Shown: positions 1-9,246, numbered from the stretch's first letter. The stretch: DNA of 64,000 bases from Saprospiraceae bacterium (GCA_022448955.1 JAKVCU010000006.1:276-64275), one strand, 5' to 3'. Notes: generated from the sequence alone by a model not told the origin. Program-made: numbers and translations.

Positions 1-414
1 CTTTTGGAAGCAGCAAAAGCTGCTTTACAGCTTTCTTATTCTCCTTATTCAGAATTTCGAGTCGGAGCGGCGGTATTATTGGCAAATGGGGCTATTGTTT
101 CAGGAGCTAATCAAGAAAATGCAGCATATCCGATGTGCTTATGTGCGGAGCAGGTAGCTCTTGCTGCTGTAGCCTCTCAATATCCTGATGTTGTTGTAAA
201 AAAAATGGCAATTACCGTAACAACTAAACACACTGATATTAACGAACCTGCATCACCATGCGGTTCCTGCCGTCAGGTAATTTGTGAAAAAGAAGACAGA
301 CAAAAAGGAGTACCTATAGAAATTATCCTTCAAGGAGAAAAGGGAGATATTTATAAATTAAATTCTGGAAGAGATTTACTTCCTTTTGCATTTGATGGTG
401 ATTTCTTAGGTTAG
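1..414 (+). CDS. cdd: cytidine deaminase, 5' end probably outside the window
   Basis: Frame is open from base 1. PYSEFRVGAA, CAEQVA and PCGSCRQV zinc-ligand motifs are typical of small cytidine deaminases. The TTG at base 4 is probably internal. Confidence 0.85.
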   Translation, partial: LLEAAKAALQLSYSPYSEFRVGAAVLLANGAIVSGANQENAAYPMCLCAEQVALAAVASQYPDVVVKKMAITVTTKHTDINEPASPCGSCRQVICEKEDRQKGVPIEIILQGEKGDIYKLNSGRDLLPFAFDGDFLG

Positions 415-953
415 GCTTTTCTTTTGTCAAATCCACCAATATGCATTTTGTGATCGCCATTTTTTCGATCTTCAAAGAAATGCTTTAAAGTAAAAATAGA
501 AGAAGGGAAAGCGATGTCTTTCCAAGGAACTTCTTCTTCTGCAAAGAGCGCCACTTCAGAGCTCTCTTCACCTACTCCATATTTCCCATCTATCAGATTT
601 CCTACAAAATGAATATATACTTGATTAATGTGTGGTATGCTGTATATAGCATGCATTTTTAGGTTTTGCACTTTTGCTTCAGCCTCTTCCCAAACTTCTC
701 TTTTAGCACCTTCTTCTACCGTTTCGCCATTTTCCATATATCCACTCGGCACATTCCAATAGCCTTTCCTAGGTTCAATAGCTCTTTTGGCCAATAGAAC
801 CTTTCCTTCCCAAATAGGAAGGCAACCAGCAACAATATTGGGGTTAGAATAATGAATAGTTCCACAATTATAGCATACAAACCGCTTTCGATTATCTCCT
901 TTTGGGATAATAAAATAGATATTATTCGAACCACAATTGCTACAAAAATTCAT
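411..953 (-). CDS. NUDIX hydrolase with N-terminal zinc ribbon
   Basis: CSNCG...CYNCG zinc ribbon followed by the Nudix box GYMENGETVEEGAKREVWEEAEA. Confidence 0.85.
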   Translation of the reverse strand: MNFCSNCGSNNIYFIIPKGDNRKRFVCYNCGTIHYSNPNIVAGCLPIWEGKVLLAKRAIEPRKGYWNVPSGYMENGETVEEGAKREVWEEAEAKVQNLKMHAIYSIPHINQVYIHFVGNLIDGKYGVGEESSEVALFAEEEVPWKDIAFPSSIFTLKHFFEDRKNGDHKMHIGGFDKRKA

Positions 954-1195
954 TCGGATTCTTTTTCTTGTTCTCTTTCAAAACGCACTCTATTCAAGAT
1001 AGCTCCTCCAAAAACACATAAACCCGTATTGAGTACAATCAAAGCGAAAGTTCCATAAGCCACCCAATCAAAGAGTGGTGCATCCCCATATTTGACCATT
1101 GCTGCTTCAGCCACTAGACATACACCAAAACCAAAAATAATCAAACCTACAGGCGCCATGTAGAGCCATTTCCTATAATATTTATTTTGCATCAT
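950..1195 (-). CDS. small two-pass membrane protein, unknown function
   Basis: 81 aa with two hydrophobic helices. Its stop overlaps the NUDIX start by 4 nt. No family recognised. Confidence 0.45.
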   Translation of the reverse strand: MMQNKYYRKWLYMAPVGLIIFGFGVCLVAEAAMVKYGDAPLFDWVAYGTFALIVLNTGLCVFGGAILNRVRFEREQEKESE

Positions 1196-1292
1196 AAATA
1201 TGGAAGGCTTTAAAATATAAAAGGTTCAAATAATTAGGAAGGATTAGTCCTTTATAGCTTCAATTAAAAGATTTTTTGTCTAGATAGGTATT

Positions 1293-1748
1293 TTATATAG
1301 ACTGCCTAATGGTATCAAAAGCCTTCAAGCTAAATGCTGGCAAGTTAATTTTAAAATAATCGTTCCAAAACATCGTCCAAATCATTACATCCTTTAAATT
1401 TCCATGAGTATCCCTCATCCTGTTTCTTGATAAACCTTTAAGAATAAATCCTATTTTTTCGGGCATAGGTCAAATTGGAATGTTATCAGAAGCACAGTGT
1501 ATTTGGATTCTATCCAACTGTTCTATTTCAAATCCAACTTTGGTTAAGGCCATCACATTTTCAGTTGCCACCCCTAATTTTACACATTTAGTATTCACGC
1601 AATAACCTAGCTCTGTTGTATTGCCATTTAATCGAATATGAAGCCCAGTTGAACCAATGAAGCTCATTTCTTTTTCCCAAAGATGCAATCAATCCCTACT
1701 CGAATTGTCCTCTGAACTTTCTGAGTCTTCGCAGATATAGGTCAGCAT
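1293..1748 (-). pseudogene. GNAT (RimJ/RimL-like) N-acetyltransferase remnant interrupted by in-frame TGA codons
   Basis: A single reading frame gives ...ELGYCVNTKCVKLGVATENVMALTKVGFEIEQLDRIQIHCASDNIPI-TGA-PMPEKIGFILKGLSRNRMRDTHGNLKDVMIW. GNAT-like sequence continues in the same frame across the TGA at 1470-1472. A second in-frame TGA lies at 1689-1691, and the N-terminal part is too short for a GNAT fold. Confidence 0.55.
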
Positions 1749-1764
1749 CTCCATCAATTAAGGT

Positions 1765-2517
1765 TTAAGCTTTATTTCCTTTTAAATAATCTAAGGCTTT
1801 ATCTAAATCATTAGGTGTATCAATCCCAAAGGTTTCTTCTTGGGTTAAACCAACTGCTATGGAATAGCCATTTTCTAACCATCTGAGTTGCTCTAGTGAT
1901 TCAATCTGTTCTAGCTGGCCTTGCGGCAAATGAGCAAGCTGTAGTAAAACATTTCGGCGAAAGCCATACAAACCGATATGCTTAAAGAAAGTAGCATTTT
2001 GCATCCAATTTGTTTTTTCTGCATTTCTTACAAAAGGAATTGGATTTCTACTAAAGTATAATGCTTGTTGCATTGCGCCGAACACTACTTTTACCACATT
2101 TGGGTTAAAGATTTCATCTTTTTCTTCAATTACTTTAGCCAAAGTAGAGATATCGACACCTTCATAATCCATGAGTGCATGTATAACTTTATCAATTTGT
2201 GATGGATTAATAAAGGGTTCATCTCCTTGTATATTAACGACTAAATCAAAGGCAGAATGTCTTTGTGCTACCTCAGCACAACGATCTGTGCCACTTTTAT
2301 GGTCTTCAGCTGTCATTTCCACCTGCCCCCCGAAAGACTTTACAGCATCAAAAATTCGTTGGTCATCTGTAGCGACAATGACACTATCCATTAGGCTTGC
2401 TTTTTGAACCTGTTCATAGACCCTTTGGATCATTAATTTACCTGCTATATCTACCAAAGGTTTGGCAGGGAAGCGAGTGGAAGCATAGCGAGCAGGGATT
2501 ACACCAAGTGTTTTCAT
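1765..2517 (-). CDS. kdsB: 3-deoxy-manno-octulosonate cytidylyltransferase (CMP-KDO synthetase)
   Basis: GVIPARYASTRFPAKPL N-terminus, NIQGDEPF motif, and the length (250 aa) match KdsB. Confidence 0.92.
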   Translation of the reverse strand: MKTLGVIPARYASTRFPAKPLVDIAGKLMIQRVYEQVQKASLMDSVIVATDDQRIFDAVKSFGGQVEMTAEDHKSGTDRCAEVAQRHSAFDLVVNIQGDEPFINPSQIDKVIHALMDYEGVDISTLAKVIEEKDEIFNPNVVKVVFGAMQQALYFSRNPIPFVRNAEKTNWMQNATFFKHIGLYGFRRNVLLQLAHLPQGQLEQIESLEQLRWLENGYSIAVGLTQEETFGIDTPNDLDKALDYLKGNKA

Positions 2518-2570
2518 AAAAATATTAATTTTTATCGTTAAGTGAAGAGTAAAACTTCCCTGAACGTTCC

Positions 2571-2578
2571 TATTTTTG
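2571..2578 (+). promoter_or_regulatory. Bacteroidota -7 type box TAttTTTG
   Basis: Matches TAnnTTTG and lies 26 nt upstream of the ATG at 2604. This 8-mer class also occurs by chance in AT-rich DNA. Confidence 0.35.
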
Positions 2579-2603
2579 CAAAAATTAGATACAAATTTAA
2601 GCT

Positions 2604-3458
2604 ATGAGGAGAATAATTATAGCGCTGGTAATTTTTTTTACCCAACTACACAACTTAAAAGCAACTGGAGATAGCCTGAGTTATCTTCTACCTACGGATA
2701 CGATCTTTTTAAATATAGGCAGATTTGAAGAGAAGATGTTTATGCATCAAATTGAAAAAAAGCAAACCTTATTCTCTTTAGCCAAGTTTTATGGCTTATC
2801 AGTAGAAGAATTGTACTGGGCCAACCCAGGCCTAAAAGATGCTTCTATTCATATAGGTTATGCTGTAAAAATACCGATCCCTAATCGAGCCATAATTCGA
2901 TATACAGAATCTGATTTTGATGAAAATCAACATGCGCCAATATATTACAAGGTCAAAAAGGGAGATACAATGTATCGAATTGCGAAATATTATTTCCGAA
3001 TGCCTGTGAAAGATTTGCAAAAGCGCAATGAAATGGAAGGGATTGGTTTAAAGATAGGCCAAGACTTATTTGTTGGCTGGATGCATATAGATGGTATTCC
3101 CGAAGAATATCGCGAATTTGCAGGTGGTCCTTTAGCAAGACGCAATAATGCTTTATCGAAGATCTATCGGCATGAACTGGGAGATAAAAAAGAAATTGAA
3201 GAAAAAGGGCCTGCCATTTGGCAAACAAAGAGTACAGAAAATTCGGACTTATATTGTTTGCATGCTAAAGCACCTATCAATAGTATCGTTAAGATAGAAA
3301 ACCCTATGAGCAATCGTACTGTATATGCAAAAGTTGTTGGGAGAATTCCTGCAACGAGATACGAAGCTAATATAAAAGCTGTACTTTCGCCTTTGGCGGC
3401 CAAATTACTTGGCGCCATTGATCCTAGATTCTATGTCCGGGTATATTATAAAAAGTAA
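2604..3458 (+). CDS. secreted LysM-domain peptidoglycan-binding protein with RlpA-like C-terminal barrel
   Basis: Signal peptide, two LysM repeats (HQIEKKQTLFSLAKFYG..., YKVKKGDTMYRIAKYY...), and a C-terminal VKIENPMSNRTVYAKVVGRIP double-psi-barrel-like segment. Confidence 0.75.
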   Translation: MRRIIIALVIFFTQLHNLKATGDSLSYLLPTDTIFLNIGRFEEKMFMHQIEKKQTLFSLAKFYGLSVEELYWANPGLKDASIHIGYAVKIPIPNRAIIRYTESDFDENQHAPIYYKVKKGDTMYRIAKYYFRMPVKDLQKRNEMEGIGLKIGQDLFVGWMHIDGIPEEYREFAGGPLARRNNALSKIYRHELGDKKEIEEKGPAIWQTKSTENSDLYCLHAKAPINSIVKIENPMSNRTVYAKVVGRIPATRYEANIKAVLSPLAAKLLGAIDPRFYVRVYYKK

Positions 3459-3473
3459 AACCAAAAATAAAAG

Positions 3474-4832
3474 ATGTACTATCAGAACATTCTTCAGACC
3501 ATAGGCAACACTCCTCTTGTAAAGTTGAATCGCGTTGTCGACGAAATACCTGCTCTGGTATTAATGAAAGTAGAAACATTCAATCCTGGTCATTCGATCA
3601 AAGATCGCATGGCCCTGAAAATGTTGGAAGACGCTGAAAAGAGGGGAGATATCAAACCAGGAGGTACCATCATCGAATGTACTTCTGGAAATACAGGTAT
3701 GGGACTCGCTATTGCAGCTTGTGTGAAAGGATATCGTTGTATTTTTACCACTAGTGATAAACAATCAAAAGAAAAGATTGATTTGCTGAAAGCAGTTGGT
3801 GCTGAAGTGATTGTGTGCCCGACAAATGTAGAACCAAACGATCCCCGATCTTACTATTCTGTGGCCGAAAGATTAAGCAAGGAAATCCCCAATTCTTATT
3901 GGTGTAACCAATATGACAACTTATCTAACCGACTCGCACATTTTGAAAGTACTGGACCTGAAATATGGGAACAGACAGAAGGAAAAATTACACATATGAT
4001 TGTTGGTGTAGGGACTGGTGGCACCATCTCTGGAACTGGACGCTATTTGAAAGAACAAAATCCTGATGTAAAAATCTGGGGTGTAGACACTTATGGCTCT
4101 GTGTTTAAAAAATACCACGAAACAGGCGAATTTGATCATAAAGAAATCTATCCTTACATTACAGAGGGTATTGGTGAAGACATTATACCCAAAAATGTTG
4201 ATTTTGATATCATCGATCATTTTGAGAAAGTAACAGATAAGGACGGAGCAGTTATGGCTCGTCGTTTAGCTAGAGAGGAAGGAATCCTATTGGGCTACTC
4301 TGCTGGATCAGCCGTAGCTGGTTTGCTGCAACTGAAAGACCAATTGACTGCGGATGATGTGGTGGTTGTAGTCATTCACGATCATGGCAGTCGTTATGTT
4401 GGCAAAATATACAATGATGATTGGATGCGTGAGCGAGGATTTTTAGACACAGAAATGCGCGTGAAAGATATCGTTTCCATGAAAAGTGGTAAGGGTTTTG
4501 TAGGTGTAGATGTCAATGAGAAAGTGCGTTCTGTTTTTAATATGATGAAAGATCACGACCTTTCTCAATTACCAGTCACTAATGGTGGAGGCTCTATTGT
4601 GGGTTCTGTAACCGAAAGTAATGTTTTGAGTTACCTATTAGAAAATCCAATCCATAATGCTGAGAAAAAAATTGAATCTATCATGGGAGAACCTTTCCCA
4701 ATGGTAGATATGGACACTCCTTTTAGTCAGTTGAATAAATATGTCAACAAAAAGATTCCTGCAGTGATGACAAAAGATAAGGCAGGAGATTTACACATTA
4801 TTACGAAGTATGATATTATACAAGCGATGTAA
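3474..4832 (+). CDS. PLP-dependent cystathionine beta-synthase / cysteine synthase family protein with C-terminal CBS pair
   Basis: NPGHSIKDR lysine motif, SGNTG, GVGTGGTISG loop, and two CBS-like modules in the last ~130 aa. Confidence 0.88.
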   Translation: MYYQNILQTIGNTPLVKLNRVVDEIPALVLMKVETFNPGHSIKDRMALKMLEDAEKRGDIKPGGTIIECTSGNTGMGLAIAACVKGYRCIFTTSDKQSKEKIDLLKAVGAEVIVCPTNVEPNDPRSYYSVAERLSKEIPNSYWCNQYDNLSNRLAHFESTGPEIWEQTEGKITHMIVGVGTGGTISGTGRYLKEQNPDVKIWGVDTYGSVFKKYHETGEFDHKEIYPYITEGIGEDIIPKNVDFDIIDHFEKVTDKDGAVMARRLAREEGILLGYSAGSAVAGLLQLKDQLTADDVVVVVIHDHGSRYVGKIYNDDWMRERGFLDTEMRVKDIVSMKSGKGFVGVDVNEKVRSVFNMMKDHDLSQLPVTNGGGSIVGSVTESNVLSYLLENPIHNAEKKIESIMGEPFPMVDMDTPFSQLNKYVNKKIPAVMTKDKAGDLHIITKYDIIQAM

Positions 4833-4850
4833 GACTGTTGAATAGTTGAT

Positions 4851-4903
4851 GGTATAATAGTTATTGGTTTTCGACCCTTCGATTAACCTTAGCTATTATA
4901 CTG
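4851..4903. terminator. long AT-rich imperfect hairpin between convergent genes
   Basis: ggtataatagttattggtt (4851-4869) pairs with aaccttagctattatac (4885-4901) with a few mismatches. It lies between the stop at 4832 and the stop at 4915. Confidence 0.45.
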
Positions 4904-4914
4904 TTAGCCTTCCA

Positions 4915-5763
4915 TTAGAACAATTCTACCTGATTAGATGCTATGCTAGGTTTTTCAAATACTTTTTCCTGTTTTTTAGAGGATGGAGGCAAAACTCGGC
5001 GAATTACCCGAAGTTTATGCGTGTAGCGAGATTCTTCTTCATTATAAATGCCATAATGATCGAGCCGATCAATTCTCACATTGCCATGTGCGTGAATGAC
5101 TTCGCTCTCAGGCATGATGATTCCGACATGTACGATTCTTCCTACTTTATTCTCGAAAAAGGCTAGATCTCCGGGCATGGCTTGCTCTGCAAAATCAACA
5201 GATTTCCCCATATAGACCTGTTCTGCAGGATCTCTGGGTAACTTAATACCTGCCATTTTGAATACTACTTGTGTAAAACCTGCACTATCTAAACCAAAAG
5301 GAGAACGACCACCCCACAAGAAAGGCGCATTGATATATTTACGAGCGATTTTCAAAATAAAATCCGCTGTTTTCTCAACATCTGTAGGGAAAACAGCCTG
5401 TCCGCTAAAGGTAAACTGCTCGTCACCAAGTATAAAGCGCATCCCATCAAAATTAGGTAGCCTTGCAGCTAAGGTAATGGGAATATATTGTTTGGACCCC
5501 ATGACAGCTTGCATGAGCTCTAGGCTGTAGGCATAATGATTTTGGAAAAGCTCGAATTCAGTAGGTGTAATCACTTTGATCTGCGGAAAGGCAACCCATC
5601 CAACAAAATTATCCCATTGACATCTCACTTTGAGCCATTGCCTACCCTTTTTTTCAAGGATCTCCACTAATTCACCAAAAAGCAATTGGGATATCATCTC
5701 ACTCTTATCAGAAGAATTAGACCGAATAGGAACTACACTTAAAGGACAAATGCCAAACTGCAT
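4915..5763 (-). CDS. SH3b + NlpC/P60 (C40) family cell-wall peptidase homologue, catalytic Cys replaced by Ser
   Basis: PFLWGGRSPFGLDSAGFTQ ... IVHVGII ... VIHAHG. The canonical motif is DCSG, and here it is DSAG (AGT codon at 5284-5286 on the minus strand). Confidence 0.85.
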   Translation of the reverse strand: MQFGICPLSVVPIRSNSSDKSEMISQLLFGELVEILEKKGRQWLKVRCQWDNFVGWVAFPQIKVITPTEFELFQNHYAYSLELMQAVMGSKQYIPITLAARLPNFDGMRFILGDEQFTFSGQAVFPTDVEKTADFILKIARKYINAPFLWGGRSPFGLDSAGFTQVVFKMAGIKLPRDPAEQVYMGKSVDFAEQAMPGDLAFFENKVGRIVHVGIIMPESEVIHAHGNVRIDRLDHYGIYNEEESRYTHKLRVIRRVLPPSSKKQEKVFEKPSIASNQVELF

Positions 5764-6181
5764 ATCAAATATAATATAGAGTACTGTACGACTATTATCT
5801 TAATAGTTTTCGGGTACCAATCTCTTTAATGATTTTCGCCACCAAAGGTTATCTATAGGGCGAATGACTTTCTCATGAGGAGCACAGCAAGATATTTAAA
5901 TATGACTCCCATTCAAAAATAATAAATATTTATTAAAGACCGTTTTTTTACTGACAAATTAACAATAATGCGCTCATAAGGTTTGAATAGGATATTTTCA
6001 AAAGCATTAGTTTTAAGTTTATTGATAATCAAGAGCATGTCATTTTGGCGGTACTAATTAAGGAAACTGCTTGGCTTCTTGAATATCAACTAAGATTTGG
6101 CTCAATTAGCTTAAGGAGTAGATTTACAAACACAAATTAAATAAAATAGCCTCTTGAGTGCCTATTTTATTTTTCACTTCA

Positions 6182-6189
6182 TACCTTTG
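6182..6189 (+). promoter_or_regulatory. TAccTTTG -7 type box
   Basis: Matches TAnnTTTG, about 137 nt upstream of the ATG at 6326. The same 8-mer recurs upstream of three other genes in the window. Confidence 0.3.
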
Positions 6190-6325
6190 CAGCCTAATGG
6201 AGCATTGATGATACTATTCCTTCTGGATATGCTTAGCAAGCTTTAATTGCAGCTTTTATTTGAAAGCAAGGTGGCAAAAACGAATATCATTTAATCCGTC
6301 CAAGTGCTCGAACATTGAAAAAAAT

Positions 6326-7387
6326 ATGATGAGGAAGAATCGTTTTATTATTTTATTTCTATTGATGGGCTTGAGTTTCTCTGCTTTTAGCCAAGATCAA
6401 CACTTTACACAATTTTATGCATCACCTCTAACGCTAAATCCTGCTTTAACCGGTGCATTACAGGGAAAATATAGATTATCCTTAATATATAGAGATCAGG
6501 CGAGAAACATAGTAAATGATCCCTATGTAACCTTTTCAGGCGCCATGGATTTTCGTTTTCCAGTAGGTACAAGAACTTCCAGAGTAAAAGATGCTATAGG
6601 TGCTGGTGTATTATTTTACAACGATAAAGTACCTGATATTGGTTTTTCTACCAATCAAATTTTCTTTTCTGGTGCTTACCACAAATCGTTAGGATCAAAA
6701 AATGAGCAGTACCTATCATTAGGTTTCCAACTCGGCCTTTCGCAACGAAATGTCAACTATGGAAAATTGACCTTTGATGATCAATTTAATGGTTCGAATG
6801 GCTATACGGATCCTACTTCAGAATCCTTACCTGAAAATAATTTCTCCTTTGCGGATTATGCCGTGGGTATCAATTATGCATACGCGCCTGAAAAGCGTAC
6901 TGCGATTTATGTTGGTGCAGCCATGCATCATATTTTGGAGCCCCAAGTAGGCTTCTTTTTTGATGAAGAGCAAGCAGAAGATTATGATAAAGAATTTTTG
7001 AATAGAAAGATCACTGCTTATATCAATTTGGATATTCCGATCAATTCAATCATTCGTTTTTCACCAAGAGCCCTTATGTATAGTCAAGGTCAACACCTTG
7101 CGATCAACTCTGGTTTCAATTTCCGCTTCTTATTAGATGATATTTCAGGAACAGCCTTGCACCTAGGTGGATGGGCTCGCCCTGTAAAAGACGAAGATGA
7201 GGCCATTGATATAGATGCCATTATTATGATGGCTGGTGTGGAATATAGCAACTTTTTGATTGGCTTCAGCTATGATGCTAGCTTTGGACAAATTGCAAGC
7301 AGAAGAAGTGGCCAAACTGCATTTGAAATTTCAATTGCTTACTTGGGTGAATACGTAGACGAGACGGTGATTTGTCCGAAGTTCTAA
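6326..7387 (+). CDS. type IX secretion system membrane protein, PorP/SprF family
   Basis: Signal peptide followed by QDQHFTQFYASPLTLNPALTG, the characteristic PorP/SprF N-terminus, with a beta-barrel-like remainder. The ATG at 6326 is preferred over the TTG at 6260. Confidence 0.85.
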   Translation: MMRKNRFIILFLLMGLSFSAFSQDQHFTQFYASPLTLNPALTGALQGKYRLSLIYRDQARNIVNDPYVTFSGAMDFRFPVGTRTSRVKDAIGAGVLFYNDKVPDIGFSTNQIFFSGAYHKSLGSKNEQYLSLGFQLGLSQRNVNYGKLTFDDQFNGSNGYTDPTSESLPENNFSFADYAVGINYAYAPEKRTAIYVGAAMHHILEPQVGFFFDEEQAEDYDKEFLNRKITAYINLDIPINSIIRFSPRALMYSQGQHLAINSGFNFRFLLDDISGTALHLGGWARPVKDEDEAIDIDAIIMMAGVEYSNFLIGFSYDASFGQIASRRSGQTAFEISIAYLGEYVDETVICPKF

Positions 7388-8022
7388 AGGACTGCCATTA
7401 CCATAGAGACACCATTAACATACTTCGAGTTTTTGGTTAAGCGAAAAGGAATATGTTGGGTAATCCGATCTGCTTCTTTTTCAAAAATAGCATCGTATTT
7501 TAATTCCAATATGATGCTATTTTCATCTTTGTATGGTAAATGGCGAAGGTGAGTTTGAAAATGACCAAATTGCATATCCCAATCAATCGTTATTCTAAAT
7601 TTTTGATCAGCAGTCATAAAATAAGATCGTTCGTAAGTATTCACTAGTACGGGAACTATACTAGCCTGATTGGGACTCATTCGCTGGATAGTGGGTAGAA
7701 TGGAACGAAAAGATAGATTATTTAAATCCAGCAGTTGCTTACTGAATTTAAATCCTACTTGATTTTGTTTATACTTAATTTCAAAAGTAGGATGTTTCAT
7801 TTGTGAAAGCTCCTCACCATACCATCTTACTCTATACTTCTTTCTTTCACTAACCCCTGCAACATTAGCCCGATAAGTTTCAAAGTCTGGCGTATCCAAA
7901 TAGATATTATTGACCCTCCGATCTGGATAGGCCTTTCGAAAGCCGGCAGGATGCATTTTCACTATCTGATTGATGAGGGATATGTCTACATTTTCGATCC
8001 GATATTTGCGCTCATATCGCAT
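7384..8022 (-). CDS. VTC (polyphosphate polymerase / CYTH-like) domain protein
   Basis: MRYERKYRI ... NNIYLDTPDF ... RKKYRVRWY pattern typical of bacterial VTC-domain proteins. The start lies 3 nt after the GT2 stop. Confidence 0.75.
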   Translation of the reverse strand: MRYERKYRIENVDISLINQIVKMHPAGFRKAYPDRRVNNIYLDTPDFETYRANVAGVSERKKYRVRWYGEELSQMKHPTFEIKYKQNQVGFKFSKQLLDLNNLSFRSILPTIQRMSPNQASIVPVLVNTYERSYFMTADQKFRITIDWDMQFGHFQTHLRHLPYKDENSIILELKYDAIFEKEADRITQHIPFRLTKNSKYVNGVSMVMAVL

Positions 8023-8025
8023 ATA

Positions 8026-9222
8026 TTAACTCCTTTTAGGTGGCTGCCAGATATTGGTTTGGATACCTTTCAAAAAACGGATAAACCCCTTTAGTAAGGC
8101 CCAGTTCATTACTACAAAATAACGGATACTACGAAATAAGAAATTATTTTGACCAAACGATTGCAGTAATCTATCCAAAGCAGGTACTACAAAAATGAAG
8201 GTGAACAATGCTAGCATAGTCCATTGATAAAACCATTGAGCTGTAAATAAAAGTACACAATTAGTCACTAACATTCCTATCATTAATAATGGACCTAACC
8301 ACCGTAATACCTTATGCGAAAAAAAGGCAAAATTAACAGCTCTAAAGGAAGGGAACCAAAGTCTAGTAAAGGTAAATAAGTTCTGAAAGTTTCCAGCAGA
8401 TATCCTAGCTTTTCGGCGAAACTCTTCATGGATCTCATGAGAAACATTCTCTAGACAAACGGCGTCTAAATCATTGATAGCTTTGCCTCCACGTTCAAAG
8501 ACCTTCATAGCAATGTAGAAATCATCTACCAAGAAGTTGGAAGGTACTTTTGAAAAGAATTCTGAGCGAATAGCATAGCAACCTCCAAATGGTCCGATCA
8601 TTTTACCCCATACTATTCCTTCTCGATGTTTCATCATCACCTCTCCAGAAATATAGCGATCTTCAGATTTGGATATTCCTTCTTTTTGCATTCCAACATG
8701 TATCATATTAGAATCTACAATAATGATTTCTTCATTTTTAAAATGTTTCATGAGATGTAGAAAGGTATCCTCTTGAGGCATAACATTGGCATCTGTAACG
8801 ACAAATATATGTTCTGCTCCAGAGGTATTTGATGCTAGTGCTATATCAGAGAGTTCATTAATCACACCAGGTTTACCTCTTCTTTGTGAAAAAGGATAGA
8901 AATGAATTTGAGGATGTTGTTTCGCATAAGCAGAAACTACTTCATTGGTCTGATCTTCTGAGCAATCAGAGCCAATAAAAAAACGAATCCGATCCTTTGG
9001 ATAATTCAAGGCCAATAAACAATCCAGTTTATCTTTGATAACGTGTTCCTCATTATATAAAGACATAATGACAGATACCAAAGGCCAGGCATCTTCAGGA
9101 GTGTATTGAACGGCATTATTTTGCTTCCCAGCAGCCAAAAAGCGAAGGATAATAGGGTAAAACATGTAAGTGTGAAACAGCCCAAAACCACACAACCAGA
9201 ATATCATTTCTGGAATAATCAT
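8026..9222 (-). CDS. membrane-embedded family 2 glycosyltransferase (processive synthase-like)
   Basis: N-terminal TM helix, VSVIMSLYNEE, DAN (DXD-type), FGGCYAIR, RRKARISAGNFQ in place of the QxxRW region, and C-terminal TM helices. Confidence 0.85.
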   Translation of the reverse strand: MIIPEMIFWLCGFGLFHTYMFYPIILRFLAAGKQNNAVQYTPEDAWPLVSVIMSLYNEEHVIKDKLDCLLALNYPKDRIRFFIGSDCSEDQTNEVVSAYAKQHPQIHFYPFSQRRGKPGVINELSDIALASNTSGAEHIFVVTDANVMPQEDTFLHLMKHFKNEEIIIVDSNMIHVGMQKEGISKSEDRYISGEVMMKHREGIVWGKMIGPFGGCYAIRSEFFSKVPSNFLVDDFYIAMKVFERGGKAINDLDAVCLENVSHEIHEEFRRKARISAGNFQNLFTFTRLWFPSFRAVNFAFFSHKVLRWLGPLLMIGMLVTNCVLLFTAQWFYQWTMLALFTFIFVVPALDRLLQSFGQNNFLFRSIRYFVVMNWALLKGFIRFLKGIQTNIWQPPKRS

Positions 9223-9246
9223 AGTTAAAAAATAAAAACCGATTGC

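Noticed and set aside
1470-1472. Possibility that in-frame TGA codons in the GNAT frame reflect UGA recoding (Trp, Gly or Sec)
   Set aside because: Other well-conserved genes in the window terminate at TGA at the expected length (for example the 7TM-HD gene at 15341-15343 and the DUF6580-like gene at 15133-15135). I saw no SECIS-like context. The GNAT frame also lacks its N-terminal third, so a pseudogene is the simpler reading.
4864-5166. 100-aa + strand ORF and other 60-100-aa ORFs antisense to recognised genes (for example 2171-2407, 9452-9739, 46034-46306, 56334-56705)
   Set aside because: Each is fully contained in, or antisense to, a longer ORF with clear family motifs. Their translations are low-complexity or hydrophobic noise with no recognisable motifs.
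6260-6325. Upstream TTG start giving a 375-aa PorP/SprF ORF
   Set aside because: The extension (MKARWQKRISFNPSKCSNIEKN) precedes a normal signal peptide that begins at the ATG at 6326. The longer form would bury the signal sequence.
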